DNA of 64,000 nt from Flavobacteriales bacterium (GTDB lineage: Bacteria; Bacteroidota; Bacteroidia; Flavobacteriales_F; PHOS-HE28), in the NCBI GenBank assembly GCA_044507815.1, contig JBIQIX010000001.1:40676-104675 (forward strand). Direction: 5' to 3'. Positions 27,049 through 36,215 of this stretch are shown piece after piece. Numbering within the stretch: the first letter of the stretch is position 1; each line of letters starts with the position of its first letter. The notes under the pieces are model-generated. The model ran no database searches and was not told the DNA's origin. It worked only from the letters and a program-made list of their open reading frames with translations. Made by a program: the position numbers and the translations under genes.

Positions 27049-30000
27049 CGTAGAAGCGTTAGGTCACCGGTCATTCGCTTTTCATCGCCGGTAAAAAACC
27101 GGGCATAGGCTTTCCATACATAAACATCCTGTTTGCACAGTTGCCCGCGGTAGTAGCCGTCCCAGCCGCGGCGGATGTCCATGGATTCGAATAGCAATTC
27201 ACCCCACCGGTTGAAGATCTGCAGCTTGTACTCCACCACGCCCTTGCTCAGGGGATGGAAGATGTCGTTGTCGAAGCTGTTCGGGTCGTATACGCCATCG
27301 CTGGGCCCCATGTTACCGGGGGTGAAGGCGTTGGGGAACCGGATCTCACCACCTGCGATCGCCGTTACGGCCGCGTCGATACGGAAGGTATCGGGGCAGT
27401 TCCATTGGTTGTTTGCCACCAGCGATACATCATACGTGCCCGGGGTTTGGTAGTAGTGTACCGGTGAGGTTTCGTTGCTGAATGTGCCGTCGCCGAAATC
27501 CCACACGTAGCTGCTGGCGTTGCCGCTCAGGTTGTACGTGAGCAGGGGCTGCGAGGGAACCACGACCTGGGCGGGTTGAAGGGTGAAGAATGCCATGGCA
27601 CCAGGCCGCACAACAACGGAATCCACCTTGGTCATGCTGGCGGTGCCGCCATTCATGCCGAAAACGGTGAGGGTCACGGTGTACGTGCCCGGTGTGTGGT
27701 ATTGGTGCACCGGGTTCTCAGCGATGCTGGATGCGCCATCGCCGAATTGCCATTGATAACCTTGGGCGAGCAGCGAGCGGTTGGTGAACGCCACGGTGTA
27801 CGGGGCGCAACCTTCACCGCTGCCGATGAAGTCGGCGGTGGGCAAGGGTGGCAGAATGCTGATCTGCTGGGTGGCCGTATCGCTGCAATTGCCCGTGCTT
27901 ACCACAAGGGTGATCGTGAAGTTCCCCCAGGTGGAATAAGTGTGGGGTTGCGGGAATTGTGCTTGTGAGGTGTTGCCGTCGCCGAAGTTCCAGGCATAGC
28001 CCCATTGTCCGCTGGGCGTTGTGTTGTTGATGTTCACCGTGGCCGCTGGGTAGGTCTGTGTGAACGGCGTGGCCATGAAGGCCGCACTGGGCAAGGGGTG
28101 TATGGTGATCTGGTGCTGCACCGTACTGGTGCATCCATAGGCCGATGTGGCCGTGAGCGTTACGGTGCGCACTACCGGCGTTGTTCCGGTATTGGTGTAC
28201 GTATGTGCCACGGAAGCGCCTACCAGCGTAATACCATCACCCATGTCCCATACGGCCTGCACGGCACCCGTGCTTTGGTCGTTGAGTTGCACGGTGGCGG
28301 GCGAACAGGCTTCGGAGGGCAGGTGGAACTGGGCCTGTACCACCGGGTAAATGGTGATGGGCACAGTGGTGGTATCGGTGCAACCGAACGGTGTTGTGGC
28401 CAACAGCCTAACCGGGAATTGCAGCGGACCGTTGCCCGTGTTGGTATAGGCGTGCTGCACCGGGCCCGGGCCGGTTTGCTGGTAGCTGCCGTCGCCAAAT
28501 TGCCAATGCATGTTGCTGGCGCCGATGCTGAGGTTGTTGAACGTGATGTTGGCCGGTGCGCAGGCGGTGGCCTGCGAGGCCGTGAATTGCGCGATGGGCG
28601 CCGGATGCACGCGCACGGTGGCATGGGCCGTATCGCGGCAGCCGAAATTGGAGCTGGCGATCAGCATCGGGTGGAACAAGGTATCGGCCAGGCCGTTGTG
28701 CACATAGGTCATTCCGGGGTTGGCCACAATGCTGCCGCCGCCATTGCCGTAGGTCCAGAAGTAGTTGCTGGCCCCGGTGCTGATGTTCACGAAGTGCGGG
28801 TTCATGGGGGAGCATCCGGCGCTATCGGCGATGAAGGCGGCTGTTACTTGCGGATATACCTCCACCGTGGTGGCGGCGGTGCTGGTGCAGCCATGCTCCG
28901 ATGTGGCGGTGAGGGTGACCGGATAGGTCACCGCGGCCGGCCCTTGGAAATTGTGCCACTGGTGGGCATGCGATGCCGCCGTGGTGTCGGAAACGTGCCC
29001 ATCACCATAGGACCATTGATAGCTCATGGCTCCCTGTGAGGTGTTGTTCAGCTGCGCATCCAGCGGGTGGCAGCCGGCCGATAACGAGGCATTGAATTGG
29101 GCCGTGGGCAAGGGAAATACAGTGATCGTGGCGAAAGTGCTGTCACTGCACCCGAATGCATTCGTGGCCACCAGGCCCACTTCATAATGCACCACGCTAT
29201 CGGTGTTGTTCAGGTATGTGTGTTGTGGCGTGGGCCCGCTGCCGGTACTGCCATCGCCGAAACTCCACTGGTAGGTGATGGCCCCGAGAACGGAAGGAAA
29301 GGTGACCGGCAACGGGGAGCAGCCGCTATCGGGTTGGGCAGTGAAGGTGAAATTGGGCGCAGGATACACCACGATCTGTTGTTGGCTGGTGTGGCTGCAG
29401 CCTGCCCAATTCGAAATGGTGTGGCTCACGGTCATGATCTGCAGTGCGCCGGTCAGGTTCACGTAGGTGTGTGTGGGTGAGGCATCAGTGCTTGTGGTGC
29501 CGTCACCGAAATCCCATGAATGCGTGCTACCGCCCGTGCTGTGGTCCGTGAAATTCACCAGCAGGGGTGCGCATCCGGGTGTTGCATCATGGGAGAACAT
29601 GGAAAGCACTGTGGGTGCTACGGTAATCGCGGCCGTGGCCGTATCGCTGCAGCCGAATGGGGTGCTTGCCTGAAGGGTGGCGGTATAGACCGTGTCCGAC
29701 TGGCCCGGGTTTAGGTAGGTGTGCGCCGGATTTTCGGTGTTGCTCACGGCGCCATCGCCAAAATGCCAAACAAAGTTGGTGGCGCCGCTGCCGGTGTTGT
29801 TGAGCTGAACGCTCAACGGGGAACAACCTGTGGCGGGGTCAAGCGCAATGGCTGCAACCGGGCGTGGTTCCACGGTTACCAGTGTACTGCCCGAGCCGGA
29901 GCAATAGGGGGTGGTCACCACCAGCCCGACCGTGTAACTGCCCGCCGCCGCGTAAAGGTGAGCTGGCCCTTGGTCGTTGCTGCTGGTTCCGTCGCCAAAA

Positions 30001-31568
30001 TCCCAGAGCCAATGCTGCACGGGATTGCCCGGCGGAGTTACCGTAAGGTCAGCGAATTGTGCCTCGCTTCCTTCGCACACGTTCTGTACACCGATCACGG
30101 GATCGGGTATGTCGTACACGTTCACCAGTTGCGTGGCGGTCGAGTAGCAGCCTTGGTTGTTGTAGGCCGTCAACGATATTTGGAAGGTTCCCGTGGAATT
30201 GTACGTGTGCGGAGGCGGATTTTCCGCTGTGCTTGTGGTGCCATCGCCAAAATCCCATGTGTAGCTCACCGCATTCACACTGGTGTTGGTGGCCGTGGTG
30301 GTGAGCGAAACACATGCAGCATCAATGTCCAACATGAATTGCGCGGTGGGGCTGGGCAGCACGGTCACCTGCACGGTTGCCGTATCGGCGCAACCCGCGG
30401 TTGCGCCGTGGATGCTCGCCGCATAACGGACAGTGTGTGTACCTGCCGTTTGGAATACATGGGTTTGCACGCCCCCGCCCAACAGTTGGAAGCCATTCCC
30501 GAAATCCCATTCATGGCGATTGGCGCCGCCGGTCATGGAAGGGGTGAATTGCACGGCTTGCCCGGCACACACGGGTGTGGGTGCGGCGGTAAGGCTTACC
30601 GACGGCGGTGGTACGATGTTGATGGTCACATAGGCCGTATCCACCCCGCAATAGTTGCTGTCCACCATCATCACCTCGTAGGTGCCGATCCCAGGGTAAG
30701 CTATGGTGTGCGGGAAAGTGGGTGGCCACGGCGTCCAATCAATGATGGAGTCCTGTCCTGTACCCCAGTAGTCGCCGAAGTTCCAATATTCGTACCGCTG
30801 GAAGATGTTGCCTTGGTTAAGGCAATTGCGGCGGGTGGTGTTCAAATAGGTCACCTCGTTGTCCGGCCAGCATAACAGGGTGGCGCTTGGCGCGATATTC
30901 GCCGTGTCGGTGTCCCACACACGTATGGGGTTGAATGTGGCAATGCTGGGCCCGCCCTGCAAGGTGTTGCACCGGTTCTCAGCGCTGAGGCGCACGGTGG
31001 TTTCGCAGCCCACGGTGCCCGGCATGTAAGTATGCGTGAGCAGCTGGCCCAAGTTGGTATGGTTGTATGTGGTCCAGCCCGTGCCATCGCCGAAGTTCCA
31101 ACGGAACACCGTGTTGGGGGAGGTATTGGTGCTGCTGTTGATGAAATCCACCGCCTGAGGTGCGCATACCTGGGTAAGGCCACCGATCGGTATTTGGATG
31201 GATGCGCTGGTGCTGCGCTCCATGGTAACGGTGCCGGTGATCACGCAGCCGCTGGTGATCTCGGTGAATACGACGGTGTAGGTGGCCACCGCGGCCGGGT
31301 AAACGTGCGTTACGGTTTGCGGCGGCACCAGGCCGGCCCCGGTCATGGGCGCGGTGCCATCGCCCCAGTCTATAGTATAGGCGCCAACCGGGGAAGGAGA
31401 GCCGATCACCAGGGTGAAGTTTCCGCCCGAGCAACTGATCCACTGTGGTGATGAGCTTGGGTTTCCCGCACTGTTGAACAGTTGCGGACATTGGGCGCGC
31501 CCAATGAAGGGGAGCAGAAGCAACAGGGAACCGGCCAAGAGTTTTCCGAAGGGGCTTTGGGCTGGCAT
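27045..31568 (-). CDS. Large multi-PKD surface protein with gliding-motility-associated (type B, CHU_C) C-terminal domain
   Basis: Signal peptide; more than a dozen W(D/N/Q/S/H)(F/Y)GDG PKD repeats; CTD FPNAFTPG..ND.F..IFNRWGELLF..GWDG..DVYVWK..GDLTLLR. Confidence 0.92.
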   Translation of the reverse strand: MPAQSPFGKLLAGSLLLLLPFIGRAQCPQLFNSAGNPSSSPQWISCSGGNFTLVIGSPSPVGAYTIDWGDGTAPMTGAGLVPPQTVTHVYPAAVATYTVVFTEITSGCVITGTVTMERSTSASIQIPIGGLTQVCAPQAVDFINSSTNTSPNTVFRWNFGDGTGWTTYNHTNLGQLLTHTYMPGTVGCETTVRLSAENRCNTLQGGPSIATFNPIRVWDTDTANIAPSATLLCWPDNEVTYLNTTRRNCLNQGNIFQRYEYWNFGDYWGTGQDSIIDWTPWPPTFPHTIAYPGIGTYEVMMVDSNYCGVDTAYVTINIVPPPSVSLTAAPTPVCAGQAVQFTPSMTGGANRHEWDFGNGFQLLGGGVQTHVFQTAGTHTVRYAASIHGATAGCADTATVQVTVLPSPTAQFMLDIDAACVSLTTTATNTSVNAVSYTWDFGDGTTSTAENPPPHTYNSTGTFQISLTAYNNQGCYSTATQLVNVYDIPDPVIGVQNVCEGSEAQFADLTVTPPGNPVQHWLWDFGDGTSSNDQGPAHLYAAAGSYTVGLVVTTPYCSGSGSTLVTVEPRPVAAIALDPATGCSPLSVQLNNTGSGATNFVWHFGDGAVSNTENPAHTYLNPGQSDTVYTATLQASTPFGCSDTATAAITVAPTVLSMFSHDATPGCAPLLVNFTDHSTGGSTHSWDFGDGTTSTDASPTHTYVNLTGALQIMTVSHTISNWAGCSHTSQQQIVVYPAPNFTFTAQPDSGCSPLPVTFPSVLGAITYQWSFGDGSTGSGPTPQHTYLNNTDSVVHYEVGLVATNAFGCSDSTFATITVFPLPTAQFNASLSAGCHPLDAQLNNTSQGAMSYQWSYGDGHVSDTTAASHAHQWHNFQGPAAVTYPVTLTATSEHGCTSTAATTVEVYPQVTAAFIADSAGCSPMNPHFVNISTGASNYFWTYGNGGGSIVANPGMTYVHNGLADTLFHPMLIASSNFGCRDTAHATVRVHPAPIAQFTASQATACAPANITFNNLSIGASNMHWQFGDGSYQQTGPGPVQHAYTNTGNGPLQFPVRLLATTPFGCTDTTTVPITIYPVVQAQFHLPSEACSPATVQLNDQSTGAVQAVWDMGDGITLVGASVAHTYTNTGTTPVVRTVTLTATSAYGCTSTVQHQITIHPLPSAAFMATPFTQTYPAATVNINNTTPSGQWGYAWNFGDGNTSQAQFPQPHTYSTWGNFTITLVVSTGNCSDTATQQISILPPLPTADFIGSGEGCAPYTVAFTNRSLLAQGYQWQFGDGASSIAENPVHQYHTPGTYTVTLTVFGMNGGTASMTKVDSVVVRPGAMAFFTLQPAQVVVPSQPLLTYNLSGNASSYVWDFGDGTFSNETSPVHYYQTPGTYDVSLVANNQWNCPDTFRIDAAVTAIAGGEIRFPNAFTPGNMGPSDGVYDPNSFDNDIFHPLSKGVVEYKLQIFNRWGELLFESMDIRRGWDGYYRGQLCKQDVYVWKAYARFFTGDEKRMTGDLTLLR

Positions 31569-31715
31569 CGGTGGGTTCTACGGTAATCATCGTGCTTTGG
31601 ATACCAGGACAGATTTCTTTCGACACAGGGCCGTTGGGGTCCGGCAGGCGGGCGCTCCCCACCGACGAGGAACCATTCGCCGCCCGGGCCGTTACAAGGG
31701 CCACACTTCAACGGC

Positions 31716-33191
31716 ATGGAACACTTCGACCTTTGCGTGATCGGTGGGGGGCCGGCCGGTTACGCCGCTGCCATGCGCGCGGTGGACCTGGGCAAGCGCA
31801 CGGTGCTGGTGGAAAAAAACCGGTTGGGCGGCGCGGGTATCTACAACGGGGCATTGGCATCGAAAACCTTGTGGGAACTGAGCCACCGGGTGGCCAACGC
31901 CAACGAAGTGCTGCGCGGCCGGGACCGCGAGCCTTTTGCACTCAGCTGGCAAGAGATCAACAAAGCCCTGAACGAGGCCCTTTTCGAGCGTAAATACCTT
32001 CATTCCTGCCATCTGCAAATGCTGAAGGCGCATGCGGGCCACATGTTCAGCCATGTGCGGGGCACCGCTTGTTTCGCGGGACCGCACGTGGTAAGCATCG
32101 ATCATCTAGGGGCCGTGCACCAACTCGCTGCGGAACATTTCGTGGTGGCCACCGGCAGCAGGCCGCGCGGCCTGCCGGGCATCATCACCGATGAGCGCAC
32201 CATCCTTTCCAGTGATGGCATTTTCGCCATGGATGAATTGCCCAAAAGCATCGTGATCGTAGGTGCGGGCGTGATCGGTTGCGAATTCGCCACCATCCTC
32301 AGCAATTTCGGTCGCACCGAAGTGCACTTGATCGATCGGGCATCACGTATCCTGCCAATGGAGGATGAAGACATTTCGGCATTGGTGGCGCGCAACCTGG
32401 AGCGGCGGGGAGTGGTCATCCATCATGAGGCACGGTTGGAGCGATTGGCGAACAAGGGTGATCGCGTGAACTATACCCTGGCGTTCAACAATGGGCAAAC
32501 CCGTGGGCTTGAAGTTGAAAAAGCGCTGTTGGCCGTAGGCCGCATGCCCAACCTGGAATGCCTGTCACTTGAGGCGGCCGGCGTGGAGATGGACGAACGC
32601 AACAACGTGGTGCTGCAGGGCACGGCATCCTCGCAGCCGCATATTCATTTTGTGGGGGACGCCATGGGCAGCAACATGCTCGTGAACATCGGTGAGCTCG
32701 AGGGCCGCTATGCCGTTGAACGGTTCTTTGGCGTGCACGCCCGTCCGTTGAACCATGCTAACGCCAGTACCATCATGTTCCTGGAACCCGAAGTTGCCGG
32801 CGTGGGGTTGAATGAACAGGACTGTCGGGTCCGCAACATTCCGCATCGCACCGCAAGGATCGATTACAGCTGTTTGGCACGAGCGATCGCCATGCGGCGC
32901 ACCGATGGTTTTTTCAAGATCATTGTTACCGATGATGAGCGGATGACGGTGCTGGGCATGCGCGCCGTGGGTGAACATGCGAGCAGCGCCATACAGGCCG
33001 TGGCCCTGATGATGAACGAAGGGCTGGGCATAGAGGCCTTGGCGGGGTTGATGCACCCGCACCCCAGCATTACCGAAGGCGTTCAGGAATGTGCCCGCAT
33101 GCTCATGGGCACCAGCATCTTCAAACCGGAGGTGCTCAACGACAGGATGCGCTGCACCACGTGGCGGCCCGCCGCAGTGGTTGCTGCCTGA
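31716..33191 (+). CDS. Class I pyridine nucleotide-disulfide oxidoreductase homologue (SthA/Lpd-like) lacking the redox cysteines
   Basis: VIGGGPAG FAD motif, ATGSRP, VGAGVIGCE, GD, PEVAGVG, HPSITE; GGAGIYNGALASK replaces CxxxxC. Confidence 0.85.
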   Translation: MEHFDLCVIGGGPAGYAAAMRAVDLGKRTVLVEKNRLGGAGIYNGALASKTLWELSHRVANANEVLRGRDREPFALSWQEINKALNEALFERKYLHSCHLQMLKAHAGHMFSHVRGTACFAGPHVVSIDHLGAVHQLAAEHFVVATGSRPRGLPGIITDERTILSSDGIFAMDELPKSIVIVGAGVIGCEFATILSNFGRTEVHLIDRASRILPMEDEDISALVARNLERRGVVIHHEARLERLANKGDRVNYTLAFNNGQTRGLEVEKALLAVGRMPNLECLSLEAAGVEMDERNNVVLQGTASSQPHIHFVGDAMGSNMLVNIGELEGRYAVERFFGVHARPLNHANASTIMFLEPEVAGVGLNEQDCRVRNIPHRTARIDYSCLARAIAMRRTDGFFKIIVTDDERMTVLGMRAVGEHASSAIQAVALMMNEGLGIEALAGLMHPHPSITEGVQECARMLMGTSIFKPEVLNDRMRCTTWRPAAVVAA

Positions 33192-33195
33192 TCCC

Positions 33196-34341
33196 TCAAA
33201 GGTGCGGCGGACCGGGATCGCTGAAGGCCGGGTCGGACAGGAATTCCTGGTCGGTCAATGATTCCAGGAAAGTCTTGATCTGCTGGCGTTTCTGCGGCGT
33301 TAGCCCGAGTTCTATATCGGGGTCAGTGAATTTCATGAAGGGGTCCACCGTGGCCGAGGCATGGCCCCCTGAGTTGTAGTGGTCCAGCACATCATCGATC
33401 GTTGCGAACCGCCCATCATGCATGTACGGCGCTGTGACCATGATGTTGCGGAGCGTGGGCGTTTTGAATTTCGCCATGTCCATGGGGTCGTTGGTCACGC
33501 CGGCCCGCCCTGGGTCGGTGAACACTACGTCCAGCCCATTGTTATGGAATTGCTCATCGGTGAACAAACCGGCATCCAGCGTGTGGCAGTGGAAGCAATC
33601 CGCGCCGCCCTGCCCGATCACGGGCGTACTGCCCGCCACGGGAATGATCTGCCCGGGCTGGCCTCCTTCGATCTGGAACAGGTTCAACCCGGCCAGGGCA
33701 TCCGGTGTGATCATGCCCTCGCCGCGCCTGAACCGGTCAAAAGGGCTGTTGCCGCTCACCATCGTGCGGATGAATTGCGCAAGTGCCTTGGCCACTTTCA
33801 ACGAATCGATCACCGGCGTGCCGAATGCCCTTTCGAAAAGCGCGGGGTATACCGCATCGGCCTGCAGTTTGGACATTACGTTGGGCCAGGTATCGTTCAT
33901 TTCGATCGGATTGGTCACGGGTTCCAGGATCTGTTGTTCCAGGCTGCTGGCGCGCCCGTCCCAAAAGAAGAAACGCGAGTAACCCAGGTTGATCAGGGGC
34001 ATGCTGCTCCGCGTGCCGGCAATGCTGTCAATGCCTTTGGATACCGCCTTGCCATCGCTGAAGGCCCTTTCGGGCACGTGGCAGCTGGCGCAGCTCATGC
34101 CATTGTTCCCGCTCAGCCTTTTTTCGTAGAACAGGAAACGCCCGAGCGACACGCCCTCCACCGTCAGCGGGTTGTCCACCGGTATGTCCATCGGTGGCAG
34201 GTTGGCGGGTATTAGCAGTTGGTATGGAGTTGTGCCCGGGGCTGGGGCGGGCAGTTCCTCCCGGGGGTCGTCGCGCCGACAGGCCAACAAGGCCAGAAGC
34301 ATTGCAGCGATCACAAGGAATGGGTGCGTACTGCGGTTCAT
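33196..34341 (-). CDS. Di-heme cytochrome c peroxidase/MauG family lipoprotein (MbnH-like)
   Basis: Lipobox LLAC; DNPLT..G..LGR.LFYE; CASCH and CFHCH; FFWDGRA; FKTPTLRNI..TAPYMHDG. Confidence 0.9.
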   Translation of the reverse strand: MNRSTHPFLVIAAMLLALLACRRDDPREELPAPAPGTTPYQLLIPANLPPMDIPVDNPLTVEGVSLGRFLFYEKRLSGNNGMSCASCHVPERAFSDGKAVSKGIDSIAGTRSSMPLINLGYSRFFFWDGRASSLEQQILEPVTNPIEMNDTWPNVMSKLQADAVYPALFERAFGTPVIDSLKVAKALAQFIRTMVSGNSPFDRFRRGEGMITPDALAGLNLFQIEGGQPGQIIPVAGSTPVIGQGGADCFHCHTLDAGLFTDEQFHNNGLDVVFTDPGRAGVTNDPMDMAKFKTPTLRNIMVTAPYMHDGRFATIDDVLDHYNSGGHASATVDPFMKFTDPDIELGLTPQKRQQIKTFLESLTDQEFLSDPAFSDPGPPHL

Positions 34342-35357
34342 GGCACGATGTCGAGTGGGGCTTCATCGGTGAGCGCCCGAAGGAATGCCGCAAGGTCCTG
34401 CTGCTGTTGTTGGGAAAGGGCTAACGGCACCATTGCTGGATCCTTGTTCGGGTGGGCTCCGCCACCGGCATCGAAGTATGCGATCACTTCCTCCAATGTG
34501 GCCAAGCTTCCATCGTGCATATACGGCGCGGTGAGCGCAATGTTGCGCAGGCCCGGTGTCTTGAATTTCCCACGATCCGCCGGATGCAGGGTGATGCGCT
34601 CGCGGCCGGTATCATCCTCCCCATCGGAAAGGCCTGTGTTGTGGAATCCGCCATCGGTGAGCAGGTGGCCCGCATGGCATGTCGCACACCCGCCCGGCCC
34701 GAAGAAGACCTGCACGCCGCGTTTTTCGGATGCGTCCAAGGCCTGTTCATCGCCCAATAAATAACGATCGTAGCGGGAACTGCCGCCGATCAACGTACGC
34801 TGGTAATTGGCCAGTGAGCGGGTGAGCACGTAAAGGTCCATGGGCCTGCCGTAGGCTGCCATGCTTTTGGCCTGCACGGCGGGGTCCTGGGCAAGCAACT
34901 CCACCACCTGTTGCGGATCGGCATCCAGTTCGTCCGCGGCAAAAAAAGGCACTACCGCGTGCTGCTCCAGCGTTGGGGCACCACCGTCCCACAACAGCAG
35001 GGGGGCGTAGGCAACGTTGGCCAGGGACGGTGCGTTGCGGAAGCCGGTCCTTCCATCCACGCCGTGGCTGCGGGCCACCGAATCGCTGAAGGCCCGTGCC
35101 GGCAGGTGGCAACTGGCGCAGGAAATGCCCCTGCCCAACGAAAGCCGCTTATCGGCAAAGAGCAGCTTGCCCAATTCCACGCTGGCCTTCGTCAATGGAT
35201 TGTCGGCTCGCAGTGGCGGTGCAGGCCAGTGGCCCGGAAGTTCGAGGTCAAAAAATTCCGTGGCCGTGGGAAGAAGGGCGGGGTCTTTTTGGCAGCTCAA
35301 GGCGCAGAGGCCAAGGGCCGCGACCAATGTCCATGCCACCCAACCCCGGCCGCTCAT
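34338..35357 (-). CDS. Second di-heme MbnH-like cytochrome c peroxidase lipoprotein
   Basis: Lipobox ALSC; DNPLT; CASCH and CATCH; WDGG; FKTPGLRNIALTAPYMHDGS; ATGA overlaps at both ends. Confidence 0.9.
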   Translation of the reverse strand: MSGRGWVAWTLVAALGLCALSCQKDPALLPTATEFFDLELPGHWPAPPLRADNPLTKASVELGKLLFADKRLSLGRGISCASCHLPARAFSDSVARSHGVDGRTGFRNAPSLANVAYAPLLLWDGGAPTLEQHAVVPFFAADELDADPQQVVELLAQDPAVQAKSMAAYGRPMDLYVLTRSLANYQRTLIGGSSRYDRYLLGDEQALDASEKRGVQVFFGPGGCATCHAGHLLTDGGFHNTGLSDGEDDTGRERITLHPADRGKFKTPGLRNIALTAPYMHDGSLATLEEVIAYFDAGGGAHPNKDPAMVPLALSQQQQQDLAAFLRALTDEAPLDIVP

Positions 35358-36127
35358 GGTTCGGTGCCGAACGCCGCAACCTGCATGTCGGCCAAGCGCA
35401 TGCCTACATTCAAGCTGCCCACGCCATGCCAAAAGGCGTGGTCGCTGAGCTGGAATATGGCCGGGCCGTTCTGGAAGAACCGGGCAATGTCCACCGTGAG
35501 CGTCAGGTTCACCGTGTCGCCTTCCGTTGCATGCAATTCGTAGGGCAGCGTACCGGTCCGGTAGCAGGTGTCCAGCCCGGTATGGAAGTCAAAAGCGTTG
35601 GCGGGTTGCCCCTGTGAATCGGGTTCATTGTCGAAAAAACCGGAGAAGATCACGAAGCGGTACTGGGTGGCCCAATTCCAATACATGCCGCTGTTGTTGC
35701 CTGTTGGGGCGTTCGGCGGTATGGTGGCCAGGTCGCGGTGGTTAAGTGCCGGTGGCAGGCCAAGCCCGAAATGCAGGCTGTTGTAACTGCCTTCCCGCAA
35801 CCAAAGCATGCGGTGTTCCGCACCGTCCACCACATCGAAAAGATCCGCATCAAAGAGTTCATGGCTCCCGCCAGGCCCTTCGAGCTGCAACGGTGACAGA
35901 TAGAATTTCAGCGCGGTGACCTGCACCCGTTGGTCGCCCCCGGCCAGATACACCGTCTGCTTGTTGAAATCGCCACCCGCCCAAATGGGCTTGACGGTGA
36001 GCTTCACGGGCACCATGGGTGCTTGGGGCGCGGGCGCGGAGGGCGGGGCGGCCGGGTCTTTCCGGCAACCGGCCAGCAGCACCACCAGCAACAGCACCGG
36101 GGCGGTCCATTTGAATGATCTTTTCAT
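35354..36127 (-). CDS. MbnP family copper-binding lipoprotein
   Basis: Lipobox LAGC; LKFYLS; FGLG...NH; GMYWNWATQYRF (WxW motif); FHTG. Confidence 0.85.
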   Translation of the reverse strand: MKRSFKWTAPVLLLVVLLAGCRKDPAAPPSAPAPQAPMVPVKLTVKPIWAGGDFNKQTVYLAGGDQRVQVTALKFYLSPLQLEGPGGSHELFDADLFDVVDGAEHRMLWLREGSYNSLHFGLGLPPALNHRDLATIPPNAPTGNNSGMYWNWATQYRFVIFSGFFDNEPDSQGQPANAFDFHTGLDTCYRTGTLPYELHATEGDTVNLTLTVDIARFFQNGPAIFQLSDHAFWHGVGSLNVGMRLADMQVAAFGTEP

Positions 36128-36215
36128 CGCTTGTTGCATGCCACGAAATTAGCCCTCGCACCAGATTCACCTTGCACGCTGGGGAGATAACTTCGGCAAC
36201 TGCAAAGGGCCAGGC

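Noticed and set aside
27400-31400. Recurring CCGTCGCCGAA(A/G)TCCCA-like DNA repeats considered as CRISPR or DGR repeats
   Set aside because: They encode the WDFGDG motif of PKD domains; degenerate, ~250-bp period, in frame, and no cas or RT gene
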